This document shows positions 11,049-21,594 of a stretch of DNA of 33,000 nucleotides, in pieces (position 1 is the stretch's first letter; each line of letters opens with the position of its first letter). A model generated the notes under the pieces. That model did no database searches and had not been told where the DNA came from. It saw only the letters and a program-made list of their open reading frames with translations. The stretch is from Sminthopsis crassicaudata (lineage: Eukaryota). The stretch lies in NCBI RefSeq assembly GCF_048593235.1, contig NC_133619.1, positions 298,792,454-298,825,453 of the forward strand, given 5' to 3'. The translations under genes and the position numbers were made by a program.

Positions 11049-11257
11049 ATATATTTTCTTGTAATTATTTGTAGATTTTTTAAGTGATGCAAGCTATGAT
11101 TGCTTTGTATAATGTACATAAATATGTAATTGACCCATATTAAGCAAGGATCATCTTTGGATGATAAATATATGAGGCTATTGTTTTTTTTTAATGGGAT
11201 CAGGATTAAATCAGAGAAGCCAGAAAAATGTTTTGCTTTGCAATTCATTCACCATTT

Positions 11258-11420
11258 AAGAGGCAATGTAGTGTAGCAGGTAGAGTGTTGGATTTGAAAT
11301 CATGAGTTTGACTTCTTAGAAATGGTTAAGCAAGTAAGCCACTTCATATGTTTGGGTCTCATCTCATATATAAACTAAAGTAGTTATACTCAGTGACTGC
11401 TAAAATCTCTACCAGTTTGA
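11258..11420 (+). mobile_element. MIR3-like SINE, diverged
   Basis: aggcaatgtagtgtagcaggtagagtgttggatttgaaatca. Confidence 0.65.
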
Positions 11421-11469
11421 AAACTTGAAAATTAATTAAAATGATCATACTATGAACAATAATTATAAA

Positions 11470-11592
11470 TCATAGAGCACCAATCTTGGAATCGGGGTCT
11501 GAGTTCAAATCCAACCTCCTAACACTTACTTGCTACATGATCCTAGGCAATCATTTAACTTCAATTACCTCCAAAAAAAAGAATAAAAAATA
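11470..11592 (+). mobile_element. WSINE1-like short CORE-SINE
   Basis: atagagcacc...ctgagttcaaatcc...aacacttacttgct...caattacctcc plus A-rich tail. Confidence 0.8.
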
Positions 11593-11914
11593 ATTATGAA
11601 TCTTCTCTGCTTTTCTACAACTACATTTTAATTTTGCAGAGAAGTTAAAGTTTTATTTATTTTCTTAGATATAACTTGTGCTATGCATAATAATACTGGT
11701 AGGCAAACTTTCTGTTTTGCCTTTGATCCAATGTTTGCTTTTCTTATGCTAGATATAAGACCAGAAATTTTCCACATCATCTTTTTTTAGAGATCTTTTC
11801 TCTCCTTGAATTTCTTTAATTCTCAATCCCCCACAGTGCAGTTTTGACTGATATTGAATTGCTTATTTTGCTCCTTATACTATTTTAACTTCCTGAATAA
11901 CTTTAATCATTTGG

Positions 11915-12200
11915 CTTTCATTTTTTTCTCCCTCAGTAATGGTTTATTTTTTCTAAATACATGTAATTGATAGTTTTCAATATTCATTTTAGTAAGATTT
12001 TTGTTCCAAATTTTTTCTCCCTCCATTACCTCCACCTCCCCAAGACAGCAAGCAATTTGATATAGATTATGCAAAAATTTATACATGTACAATATAAACA
12101 TATTTTCACATTTATTGTGTGGTATAAGAATCAGACCAAAATAGGAAAAACCATGAGAACAAAAAAGCAAACAAATGAACCAAAAATGGTGAAAATAATC
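11915..12200 (-). mobile_element. L1 3'UTR fragment (older marsupial family)
   Basis: aaatacatgtaa...ttttcaatattc...ccaaattttttctccctcc; mirrors 16440-16583 in the opposite orientation. Confidence 0.8.
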
Positions 12201-12269
12201 ATCTTAGGAGTATTCTTCAATAGCTTTACCTTTCCTCTTTACTACAGCAAAAGCCACAGCCAGCACCAG

Positions 12270-12595
12270 CCAGTCAACATGCATTTATTAAGCGCTTACT
12301 ATGAGCCAGGTATGTGGAATGCAAATACAATCAGGAAGAAAGCTAGCTCCTGCTTTCATTTCAATGGGAGAAGACAACACATAAAAGAGAGATAAAGGGA
12401 GTGGAGATGGAAAGGTAGTGAGATGGGAGCATGGTGGCCAAGTCTTGGGGAGTCAGATATATAGTGTAGAAGAATGAAACATGGTCAATCTGGGTCAGTC
12501 CCCCAAACAGAGGCCCCTGGAAGGAACTCAGCAATGGCAGAAAGGAACCACTGTGGCAAAGGGAATGTTCTAAGGTGAGAAAGGCCCAGAAGTTA
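12270..12595 (-). mobile_element. L2-tail-bearing marsupial repeat
   Basis: catttattaagcgcttactatgagccagg followed by purine-rich repeat-like body. Confidence 0.55.
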
Positions 12596-14324
12596 AAGTA
12601 AATTTCAAGATAAGTTTATATTATGTTCAGATCATGAAATGTTTTTACCCTGTCAAAGTGTTATGGGAGAATATAGTTGCTCATCTTTTCAGAATCAGTA
12701 GAGATATTGTCTTTTTTATTATTCATTGCAATACTAAGTACCACTCTTGAAGTTTAAGTTCAGTTTTCCAATGCATTTAGATTCTTGAGCTTTTCATTCT
12801 TCAAATTTAAGCTAACTCCTGAAATTTTTCTCTTATTTCATCTAATGTGGATTTAGGAACAAAGTTATTCCACACTATTGTCCAGCACTGATCTGCAAAA
12901 TGTTGTTGTGGAATTTGGAGTTGAAGATATTCTCGACAAAAAAGAACATCAAGGCTTCTTGATCTGCTACCACTTGGGAAATTATATTAGATACTGACAC
13001 ATAATAAGAGCATTCAATTTATTCCACTTTGCACTTATGGTTGGCTCATGATAGTGGTCAGTGCCAACTGCACTAAAGCATTCCATCACATATGATAATG
13101 ATATTTCTTTTCACTGGTATTTTAATTGATATGATGGTTATCTCAGAATTTTCACTGTATATCACCCCAGCTGACATTGTCTTACCTTTCCATTGTCCTC
13201 CTCCAAGAGATTCTCTTCCTCCTGCATCATGACATGGATAATGGATTGTATCTTAAGAGGGTCCATCAGCTTCTTCTTGTTTTTCACCACCATCATCATC
13301 CTCATTAGCATTTTCACCAAATAATCCTCCTAGTAGTGAGGAACTGCTATATATTTAGCTGAGTTACTGAGACTATACTCTAGGACTTTCCAATGTGGGA
13401 GCATCTAAGAAAATTCATACTCTTCTATTATAACCTTTGAAAACTCAAGGTCTTCTCCACCCTGACATAAGGCATTAAAGTAGGACTTTGCAGAGAAATG
13501 CTGGGATTAAACACATTATAGATTTTCTAAATGGGTGCTCAGCCAAGCAATGTTGCAATGTGGTTTTGCAATATTCCAGCAGAGTCTGGTCATAATTTGC
13601 TATCTGTTTTGTTGTAAAACAACATTGGTCAGGGGACTGTTATATGAGGAATGATTGCTCTGGTATTATAAAAGGAAATTCGAGTAAGGCTTAGAAATCC
13701 ATTTTGTTTCCCCTTCATCGATTTCACAGGTCAATCCCATTAAATGTATATTGTAAATGTACAAATGCATCTCATTTTATAATAAATGAATTATTTCCAT
13801 GTAAACTTGAAACAACATCTGAGAGTCTTATTTGAGGACTAGCCTACATGATTTAAGTCCATTTTTTTTCCTGAGTGCTGTTTTTCCTCATATTGCTTAC
13901 TTGTCTGTAACTGTGTCTTCCTTGTTTTGTTTTTCTTTCTTCTCTCTTTGCTCCTACTGTCTTCATTGTTTAGCTCTACTGAAGTGGAAAGGGAGGAGGT
14001 AGAAGGAGAACTAGCCCAATCTTTGAAGGGTAAAACTTTCCTAGAAGTACAGAAAAGATACAGCTCTGAGTATTTATATTTTCATCACCTATACTAAAGA
14101 TGTCAGCAACAAGTGAACAAGAACACTACAGAGAAAAGAGTTACTCAGCTGTCTTTGATATTATTTTGGGCTGCCTCCAAAAAAGCATACAGTGCTTTCC
14201 AGATGAGACCTCTTCCTCTCCTCCCTCCACTCCCAGTACTACGGGAGTAGTTTTGGATTTTCATTATAATATTATCTTGATATTGATTAGGTCACTATTG
14301 GTTTTTTTATGGGGGAGGAAAAAA

Positions 14325-14528
14325 AGGTAACTAGGTGGTACAATGGATAGGGCACTGGATGTGAGTCTAAAAGACTGAATAAGTCACGACTTCTGTTTTC
14401 TCATCTGAAAAAAAAAAAACCTTCCTGTTGTAGGTAACCTGTTTTTACCTTGTTGTAAAGATTAAATGAGATAATATTTATAAAAAGTTTGCAAAACTTA
14501 AAGTACTATATAAATACTAGCTATTACT
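14325..14528 (+). mobile_element. MIR with internal deletion
   Basis: ctaggtggtacaatggatagggcactgg...ttgtaaagattaaatgagataatattt...tatataaatactagcta. Confidence 0.85.
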
Positions 14529-14999
14529 CACAATTTCCCAATACCCAGTGAACAAAAGCAATAAAGTTAAAGTGAAGAACATTTCCAATCAAAATCAGTT
14601 TATTAACAGTGACAAATATAACAATGTTGGTTACTCTGGTAGTGTCAGCAAAGCCAGTGACTCCAATAAAGTGGGATCCTCTTTATTATCACAAAGGAAA
14701 GAAGGGGGTCTGCGTAGCTGGGGGACATTACAATTGACAACATTTAGGAAAGTGAGTTAGCATTCAAGTATAACTGATCATACTCCTCTCTGACAAGTAA
14801 GGAATGTTCATTGTTTTATGGGATTCATCTGTCGCTTTTAAGATGGCTCGAAAATCAGAACTCCCTTTTTGGGGAAAACAAACCACCCCAGACATCTTTT
14901 TTTTGGCTCACTTTTTCCCATTAAATGTGCCTTGTTGAATTATTGAGTGTGATCACTTTCTTGTTAAAACAAAATCAGTAGTAATAAAAAGTTTGATTT

Positions 15000-15056
15000 T
15001 ATATAGATATAGATATAGATATAGATATAGATATAGATATAGATATAGATATATAC
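15000..15056. repeat. (ATATAG)n microsatellite
   Basis: About 8 perfect units. Confidence 0.97.
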
Positions 15057-15379
15057 ATATTTGTACAGAAAACAAAGCAGCCCTTTTCTGGAATGTATTG
15101 TCATAAAACTTGACCAGTATAACTGGACTTGGATTAAATTTCTAACGCAGAAATGATTTCCAACACTTCCTAAGATTTAGAAGTTCTGGTTTTTTGAAAT
15201 ATGTACTAGAGTATTACAAATAAAATATCTTTTTAACAAACAATGTTGTTCTTTATTATAAAAATCTAGTGTTATGCTCCCTCATTATTGCCCAAGTTTA
15301 CACTGCCTTGCTGATATGAATATAATGCATTCTATTAAACACTGTGTAATAGCTTTAGATCCTTGAACTTTTTTAATAT

Positions 15380-15530
15380 AGCTAGGAGCAGCTAGATAGC
15401 ACAATGGAAAGAGTACCTGCCCTGGATTCAAGAGAGCCTGAGTTCAATCTAGACTCACACATTTGACGCATATTAGCTATATGACCCTGGACAAATCACT
15501 TAATCCTGATTGCCTTACCAAGAGAAACAA
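15380..15530 (+). mobile_element. WSINE1-like SINE
   Basis: gagcagctagatagcacaatgg...cctgagttc...gaccctggacaaatcacttaatcctgattgcc. Confidence 0.85.
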
Positions 15531-15544
15531 AATACTTTGATAAC

Positions 15545-15665
15545 TAAAGTTGTTTTCCTTTATAATTCTCTGTATTTTATTTTATGAATTTAAAAGCATT
15601 ATGGGGGCAGTTCATCTGCCTTATTCATTTGCCAAAGAGGTCTATTACTCAAAAAATATTTAAGG
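15545..15665. mobile_element. Possible hAT-type non-autonomous DNA transposon end
   Basis: ttttattttatgaatttaaaagcattat...gccaaagaggtctattactcaaaaaatatttaag resembles a recalled hAT terminal region; family not determined. Confidence 0.4.
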
Positions 15666-15674
15666 AAGGAAAGA

Positions 15675-15880
15675 AATATTTATTAAGCACCCACTATATG
15701 CCAGGCATATAGTGCCTGGGAGATAGGTGTAATAATAACACCCTTTTTACAGTGAATGAATTTGTAGACTAAGCAATAAGTAACTTGCCCAGGGTAACTT
15801 ATGTAGAAAGTATCTGAGCCTAGATTTGATGTTGTCTTCCTAACTCCAGGTCTAGTTCTCTCTCCACACATCACCTAGCT
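15675..15880 (-). mobile_element. MIR
   Basis: tttattaagcacccactatatgccaggc...aagtaacttgcccaggg...ctaactccaggtc. Confidence 0.85.
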
Positions 15881-16089
15881 GATCATAAGAGTTCTTGATA
15901 TATACTTCATATATTTATGAATGAACTTTATAGTCAGTGTCCCTGAATATTTGGACATATTTGTAGTATCTTTGCCACTCAGTCTTTATTTTTAATATCC
16001 AAGAACCTGTTATTTCATGCAGGGTGATTTTTCTCTCCACAAAAACAGAATCTTCAGCAGGTCTCTATGCCTCAATAAACAATCTTTGG

Positions 16090-16583
16090 AAATGATCAGG
16101 CTGGTTTTAGAAAAGCCTGGAAAGACTTACATGAACTGATATTGAGTGAAGTGAGCAGAATTGAGAACACTGTGCTCAGTAACAAGATTATGCAACGATC
16201 AACTGGTTTGGACTTGGAATTTTCGTTGACGTGATCCAAAATAATTCCAATACTTGTGATAGAAAGTTTCTTCTCCACCCAGAGAGAACTAGGGAGATTG
16301 AATCTGGATTGAGGTATCTATTTTCACTAATTTTTTTGTTCTTGTTACTTGTTTACTTGCTTTTTTTTCTTTTTCTCATGGTTTTTTAGCTCAACATGTC
16401 AAATACATAAATATAATTAAAAGAATTGTTCATGTTTAAACTGTATCAAATCACTTGCTATCTTGGGGGCAGGAGAAGTAAGGGAAGGAGGGAGAAAATT
16501 TGGAACCCTAAGTTTTACAAATATAAATGTTGAAAACTATCTTTACATGTTTTTGGAAAAATAAAATGCAATCGAAAAAAGAA
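16090..16583 (+). mobile_element. L1 3' end (ORF2 tail plus 3'UTR), 5'-truncated
   Basis: aaagcctggaaagacttacatgaactgatattgagtgaagtgagcagaa (AWKDLHELILSEVSR); G-rich 3'UTR; aataaa and A-rich end. Confidence 0.92.
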
Positions 16584-16661
16584 ATACAGTCTTTGGGAAT
16601 TGCTGAGGGACTCTTTTGTCAATCTGGCATTAGTCATGTCCAAACTTAGCAATGATGACTA

Positions 16662-16850
16662 TGGGATCATAGATTTAGAGCTAGAATGGACCTTAGAGGC
16701 CACTGAATCCAATTGCTTTATGTTACTAATGAAGAAACTGAGACAGTAATAGATTGTCACTCCCCTATTTTTATAACTAATCAAGTACCTAAGCAGAATC
16801 CAAACTCATTTCTTACAAATTTCAAATTCACTACTCTATCCACTTCTCCA
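16662..16850 (-). mobile_element. MIR3/MIR-type SINE
   Basis: gggatcatagatttagagctagaatggaccttagagg...gaagaaactgagac. Confidence 0.8.
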
Positions 16851-16999
16851 CTCAGATGACAGACCATTTATACTTTCATTCAAAATCTTTGCCAGCAAGC
16901 AGGATCAGTCAGAGACTGAGCAATAATGCTAGCATACTTTTTGAAGAGCACAGTATCACCTTTATCCCATTATATACACAGATGATAAAGAGGGCTGAT

Positions 17000-17140
17000 A
17001 TAAGGCAACATGGTAGGATAGAGTGATAGACTTGGAATTGGGAAGACCTGAGTTAAATCCCACCTCAAAAGCTATTAGTTGCGTGACTTCATTTTCTGGA
17101 CTTCAATCTCTTCATCTTTTAAAAAAGAGAAAGATAATAT
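17000..17140 (+). mobile_element. MIR
   Basis: aggcaacatggtaggatagag...ggaagacctgagttaaatccc. Confidence 0.8.
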
Positions 17141-17169
17141 TGACAGAGAGAAGATAGTACTGATTATGA

Positions 17170-17320
17170 GGTAGAAAAAAATCTAACCCTCTTATTAGTT
17201 GAGAAAACTGAGGAATACAGAGTTTAAGTGCCTTCCCCTTAGTCACACAGGTAATAAGTAGCAAAGCCAGAATTCTTACCCAGATGACATAACTAAGACA
17301 GTATGATTAAAGCTTTGCTC
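17170..17320 (-). mobile_element. MIR
   Basis: gagaaaactgagg...tttaagtgcc...gtcacacaggtaataagtagcaaagccag. Confidence 0.75.
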
Positions 17321-17824
17321 CAGAGTACTGAAATCTATAGGATGCTGAAGGTTACTTGTAATCCTTCAGAAAGCAATATCTGAATTTATTGTCTAGTGAG
17401 CAAGAATAATTTGTTAAAATTGGAAACTAACAAGGAACACATTTTTTCTCATGCTCCTAACTGGTCATATTAGAGGGGAACTTCTCCCTAATTCAATCCC
17501 AACTTATTCCCTAGCCTATCCAAACACCATTCCTCCCACCCCAAGCCCCATTTTGGCAGTCTCATCAGTAATGATCTTTTAATGTTTTAGAGTCTCCTCC
17601 TGCACAAAAGGAGCATATTTGGATCTGTTATTTAAAAAAAAAAAACTAGTTTCTTGGTATACATTGCATGTTTTTTGCCCTATATGCAAGTTCTGTTTCT
17701 TGTTTCCCTACATACCACTATGTTCAAACCCCTGCTTCTCTGAGTTCAAAAAGCCTTTATACCATACCATACCTAAATTGGGTTTTTATTTGTGGAAGGC
17801 TTGTTGAGAGATTTTTTTACTTGA

Positions 17825-17960
17825 GGGAGCAGCTAGATGACAGACCAGTCCTGAAATCAGGAGGGTCTGTGTTCAAATGTGACTTCAGTCACACTTACTA
17901 GCTGTGTGACTCTGGGTAAGTTAGTTAATTCCAATTGTCTTGCAAAAGAAAATAAGAAGA
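17825..17960 (+). mobile_element. WSINE1-like SINE
   Basis: gggagcagctag...gttcaaatgtgacttcagtcacacttactagctgtgtgactctgggtaag plus A-rich tail. Confidence 0.88.
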
Positions 17961-18569
17961 GAGATGTTTAGTTGAATGATGAACTACCTGCATTCACATG
18001 TTAGAATTCATGATCTCAAATCCAATTCCCAGTATGATTTCAGATAACACACTAAAATCTAAAAAGGGCATTAGAAAGTTCAATATAGGAAATGCATTTT
18101 GATACATGAAATACAAGACAAGTTGGAAGAGAAATAGATTACTAAAATTACCAGTGCAACATTCATTTCTGGGTCTTTTTTTAGAATAATTATATTTAGA
18201 TAGAGGAAGAATCTATCTTGTGGTGGGGGTGGGATTTTAAAGGAAGTGGATCTGACAATAACTGTAGGCAGTTTCACTGCTTAGTTCCTAAAGCATTCAG
18301 GACTGCAAAATAGAAATGAGGCTGTCAGATTTTAGTGCATCGTGCTTTATTGTGGTTTGATATCTTTTATTTAGTCTGCCTACTACCTGTGACTACTCTC
18401 AGGAAAGTTTTGATGACATCAAGCTGTGACATTTTTATTTGACTAATAAAAGTTTGTCATTGTGCTCTATATAGTAGTAGTAGCATTATCAAAAAAATAG
18501 CAATCATCAACTGCTATTGTTTACTGAGTCAAAGAAAAGTTAGGAGGGTAAGGAGAGATGGTAGAAAGA

Positions 18570-18770
18570 AGAAATAATATTATTTAATAATATTATAAAT
18601 AATATTATAATATAATATAATAATAACATTATAAAATAATTTATATTAATTTAGGGAGAAATATTGTGGGGAAAATAGGGTATATGAGAGAGAGGGCATA
18701 CATAAAATTTTAAAATTAATAAATAACAATATTCAACATATTCTTTTTTATATTAAGAGTTATATTATTT
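18570..18770. repeat. AT-rich low-complexity tract
   Basis: TAATA/ATATT-rich run. Confidence 0.75.
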
Positions 18771-18784
18771 AGTTAGGTTTATCT

Positions 18785-18912
18785 ACTTGCCTCTCCTAAA
18801 TCTCAAACTTCTACAAGCCAGGACTGCGTCCTTTTAAGGCAACATAGAGTTCTGCAAAGTCTCCTGTCCTGTATAGTTTGTCAAACAAATAGAAAGTGCT
18901 CAATAATCTCTG
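18785..18912 (+). mobile_element. L2 3' tail, diverged
   Basis: aaacttctacaagccaggactg...atagaaagtgctcaataat. Confidence 0.55.
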
Positions 18913-19089
18913 AAAACAAAGACACTCCCATTTCCAGACTCAAGGAAAATATATCTATATATCCTTCACAAAACCTAAGTCTAATACATGTACAAAAGTC
19001 CCCTTCCTTCCATGTCTCAATCATCAATACATATGGGAACTAGAGCTAGTTTGTAGGGAAAATCAGCCCCTCAAATCTGTATCCAATTA

Positions 19090-19900
19090 GGGAGGGATAT
19101 TCATCTCTACCTTTCAGCAGACCCATAACCACAGAAAGAGCAGCAGGGCCAATTCTTGAGGGAATCTTCCCCAGAAGACAGGTCTCCCTGTACATTGCGT
19201 AGCAGCTGATAAGTTAGGGACATATTGTGTTGTTGTGACTACGTTTGTGCTGCTGGGAAAGAGACAGGACTGCTTATCCAGCCCACCCAGGGCTGGACTC
19301 TAACCAAGGTTCCTCCCTCCAGCTCTCTCCAATACAATTTGGAAAGCAGCCTAAGTACAGATCTTCAGCTAATTTTTCAGGCCCTATCCAAGGTTATGTC
19401 ACCAAGCCCTCCACATCACAGTATCTTTTGTACTTTGGACACATGACTGCAAAAAACAAGGGCTCCATATTGAAAAGGATGGATCACCAAAGTGCCACCA
19501 CTCCCACTTCATTGCAGATTCAATTATTTCTACCATCCCACAGATCTATCATCTCCCTGCGAATTTCGTCAGTTTGACCTGTGTTGAAATGCAGAAATGG
19601 AACGCTTCACTGTAGCACCCCACACCAGGGCCCTGATTTCCACCATCAAGATCTCCCTCAACATTTCAAGAGCTTCATCTCAGAGAATTATTTAACCACT
19701 TCCAAAGCCATTTCACAAGAAAATGGTGTATGGATGCATATTCAGCAATTTTTTTTTGAAATTGTATTGACAAGGGTGGATGGAGGCCTTTTGTTTTTCC
19801 AAGAGATCAAAGGAGAAAAATCAGGCAACCCTACTGCAAAAATTTCTCTGAAAGTCAGTGCCTTTCATGTTAGTGATTCCAGAGCATCATTAGGAAAGTT
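19090..19900 (+). mobile_element. Degraded endogenous retrovirus pol fragment: RNase H C-terminus, integrase HHCC region and N-terminal catalytic core
   Basis: Manual translation across frames gives colinear motifs: ILEGIFPRRQVSL+HC (19152-19198), AAGKE (19249), HHSH-x~25-CVEMQKWN (19496-19603), FQELHL (19664), CID/GWMEAF (19774-19791), ATLLQKFL*KSVP..IPE (19825-19884). Compare class I ERV LLEAI.LP..VAIIHC, AD.AAK.AA, DTFSGW(I/V)EAF, A..V.KKLLEEI.PRFG.P. Confidence 0.75.
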
Positions 19901-20024
19901 CAAAGAAAAGATGTCTGTACAACATGACAGAGAAGCCAGCCCTCATCTAGTGTCCTGAAATCATCCCCACCACAAACAAAATTGTTCATAAAAATTATCA
20001 GACCTCCACTACCAAATCCAAAAA

Positions 20025-20130
20025 ATAAAACATTTATTAAGCACCTGCTATATGCAAGGGAACAAAAAACTAACAAAAAAAAAAAAAATCCCTGCCTGCC
20101 CTCAATAAGCTTCCATTATCCTGGGATGAG
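20025..20130 (-). mobile_element. L2 3' tail
   Basis: catttattaagcacctgctatatgcaagg...ccctgcctgccctcaataagcttccatt. Confidence 0.8.
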
Positions 20131-20217
20131 GCAAGAGGAATGGGGAAGTAAGACTACAATATGTATTACCTCTGTGAATGAAACCGGCTCACAAACTGGA
20201 ATTGATCAGTTAGAAGA

Positions 20218-20345
20218 TTCCTTCTTTCCTTCCTTTTTTCCTTCCTCTCTTCCTTCTTTCCTTCTTCCTTCCCTGCCTGCCTCCCTCCTTTTCTTCTTCT
20301 CTCCCTTCCTAGGTCCTTTTTCCCCTTGTTCCTTTCTTTTCTCCA
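20218..20345. repeat. Polypyrimidine (CCTT/CTT-like) low-complexity tract
   Basis: Directly visible. Confidence 0.92.
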
Positions 20346-20384
20346 TTTGTCCACCTAAAATATAATACAATACTACAGATGCTC

Positions 20385-20940
20385 TTAAAAGCAACATTTC
20401 CCCTCTTTGGCACCTCTGAACCCTCCCAAGATATCTTGGGGTTTATTGGCTGGATTTCTTTCTTGAATACCATGCCTTAAACCAAAATCAACCTGATTCT
20501 TCATTGGCCATCAATAGGTCCTTGGCCAAGTCGATTGGATTTGGGTCCTAATTGACTCGGATTTAATGTGAATAGCAATCATTTCTGCTTTGACCAGAAA
20601 TTATGAGGGTCTTTCCCTCCTATATTTATTTATTTACTTAGGTCTTGGGGGAACTAGGTGAAAGGGAAAAAATTTTGCCTCAGTTGCTGCTTAGCCTTAG
20701 TCACTAAATGAGTATTATCTCAAATGAGACCCATTGAAGACCTTAGCTTAAAAAGACCAAGGTGTCCCATTTCTTCCAAGACCATTTCTAGTTGTCTTCA
20801 TCTATATCTGGCCAGTGGACACAGGTGGCTCTGGAGGGGAAAGGAAAATAGGTGACTTTGTGCAACCCTCCCCCAAATCCAATTAATTTGTCTCCCTGAT
20901 AACATGGTCCTCTTCTAGAACAAAAGACAAAGACCAACAG
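20385..20940 (+). mobile_element. WALLSI-like (RTE-related) marsupial non-autonomous element
   Basis: ccttagcttaaaaagaccaagg...tctatatctggccagtggac...ggctctggagg...catggtcctcttctagaacaaaagacaaa; ~560 bp; family name from memory. Confidence 0.65.
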
Positions 20941-21089
20941 TTTCTATACATAGCCCTTCATAAATTCTTCAATGGACTGGAAGTCTTCCTCTAGGTCTCT
21001 TAATACCAGCACTACTTTGTCCATCTGTTAACCCTGGCTCTTGAAAGGTGGCCCATCTCATTCCCCAGTCATTTGGATCAGACTTATAA

Positions 21090-21280
21090 TATAATTGATA
21101 CAGGGAACTTGCCATGAAAACCCTTCTACCCATTCAGATAGGTACCTGCTTTTCAAATTATAATCTTAGAAAATTCCCTGGGTCAAGGGGAATTGAGTGA
21201 CTTACCCAGGATCACACAGCCTTCGTGTATAAACTCTAGACTTGAACCTTAGCCTTCACGATTCTGAACCTAGCTCTCTA
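21090..21280 (-). mobile_element. Marsupial CORE-SINE (Mar3/WALLSI3-like)
   Basis: tataatcttagaaaattccctggg...gagtgacttacccaggatcacacagcc...cttgaacc. Confidence 0.6.
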
Positions 21281-21594
21281 TTTATTGTTTGTTCCATGCT
21301 GCCTTTGTCACCACCCACAGTCCTAATAATGTATTTTATGCCATTTCTTATATCAAAATCATCATCTTCATGTGCTACATACACCTTCCTATTGTCCTGT
21401 GCTTTAATCATAATCCTGATTATTCTGAGATCATTGTATTCCATGAATCACAGCCACATAGCATAACTGGGAGAATACAAACAGATGGGCTTTTGTGTTA
21501 AGGAGCAGAATGTCATCATTTTAAGAGCTGTGAAATTTCCCAAATGCAGTACAGTCTGCTTTCTTTATCCCATTCAAGTCTGGGCCCAATTTAA

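Noticed and set aside
18270-18470. Possible plus-strand 3' end (aataaa plus GT-rich) or C/D snoRNA (tgatga ~18410)
   Set aside because: No upstream terminal exon; no box D with a terminal stem at a suitable distance.
19480-19830. Superficial resemblance to the filovirus VP35 C-terminus (DGSPKC; IDKGGW)
   Set aside because: Motif spacing does not fit, and the same bases are better explained by retroviral integrase motifs colinear with RNase H.
20166-20397. Lys/Arg/Glu-rich and Phe/Ser/Pro-rich ORFs
   Set aside because: Translations of the polypyrimidine/polypurine tract.
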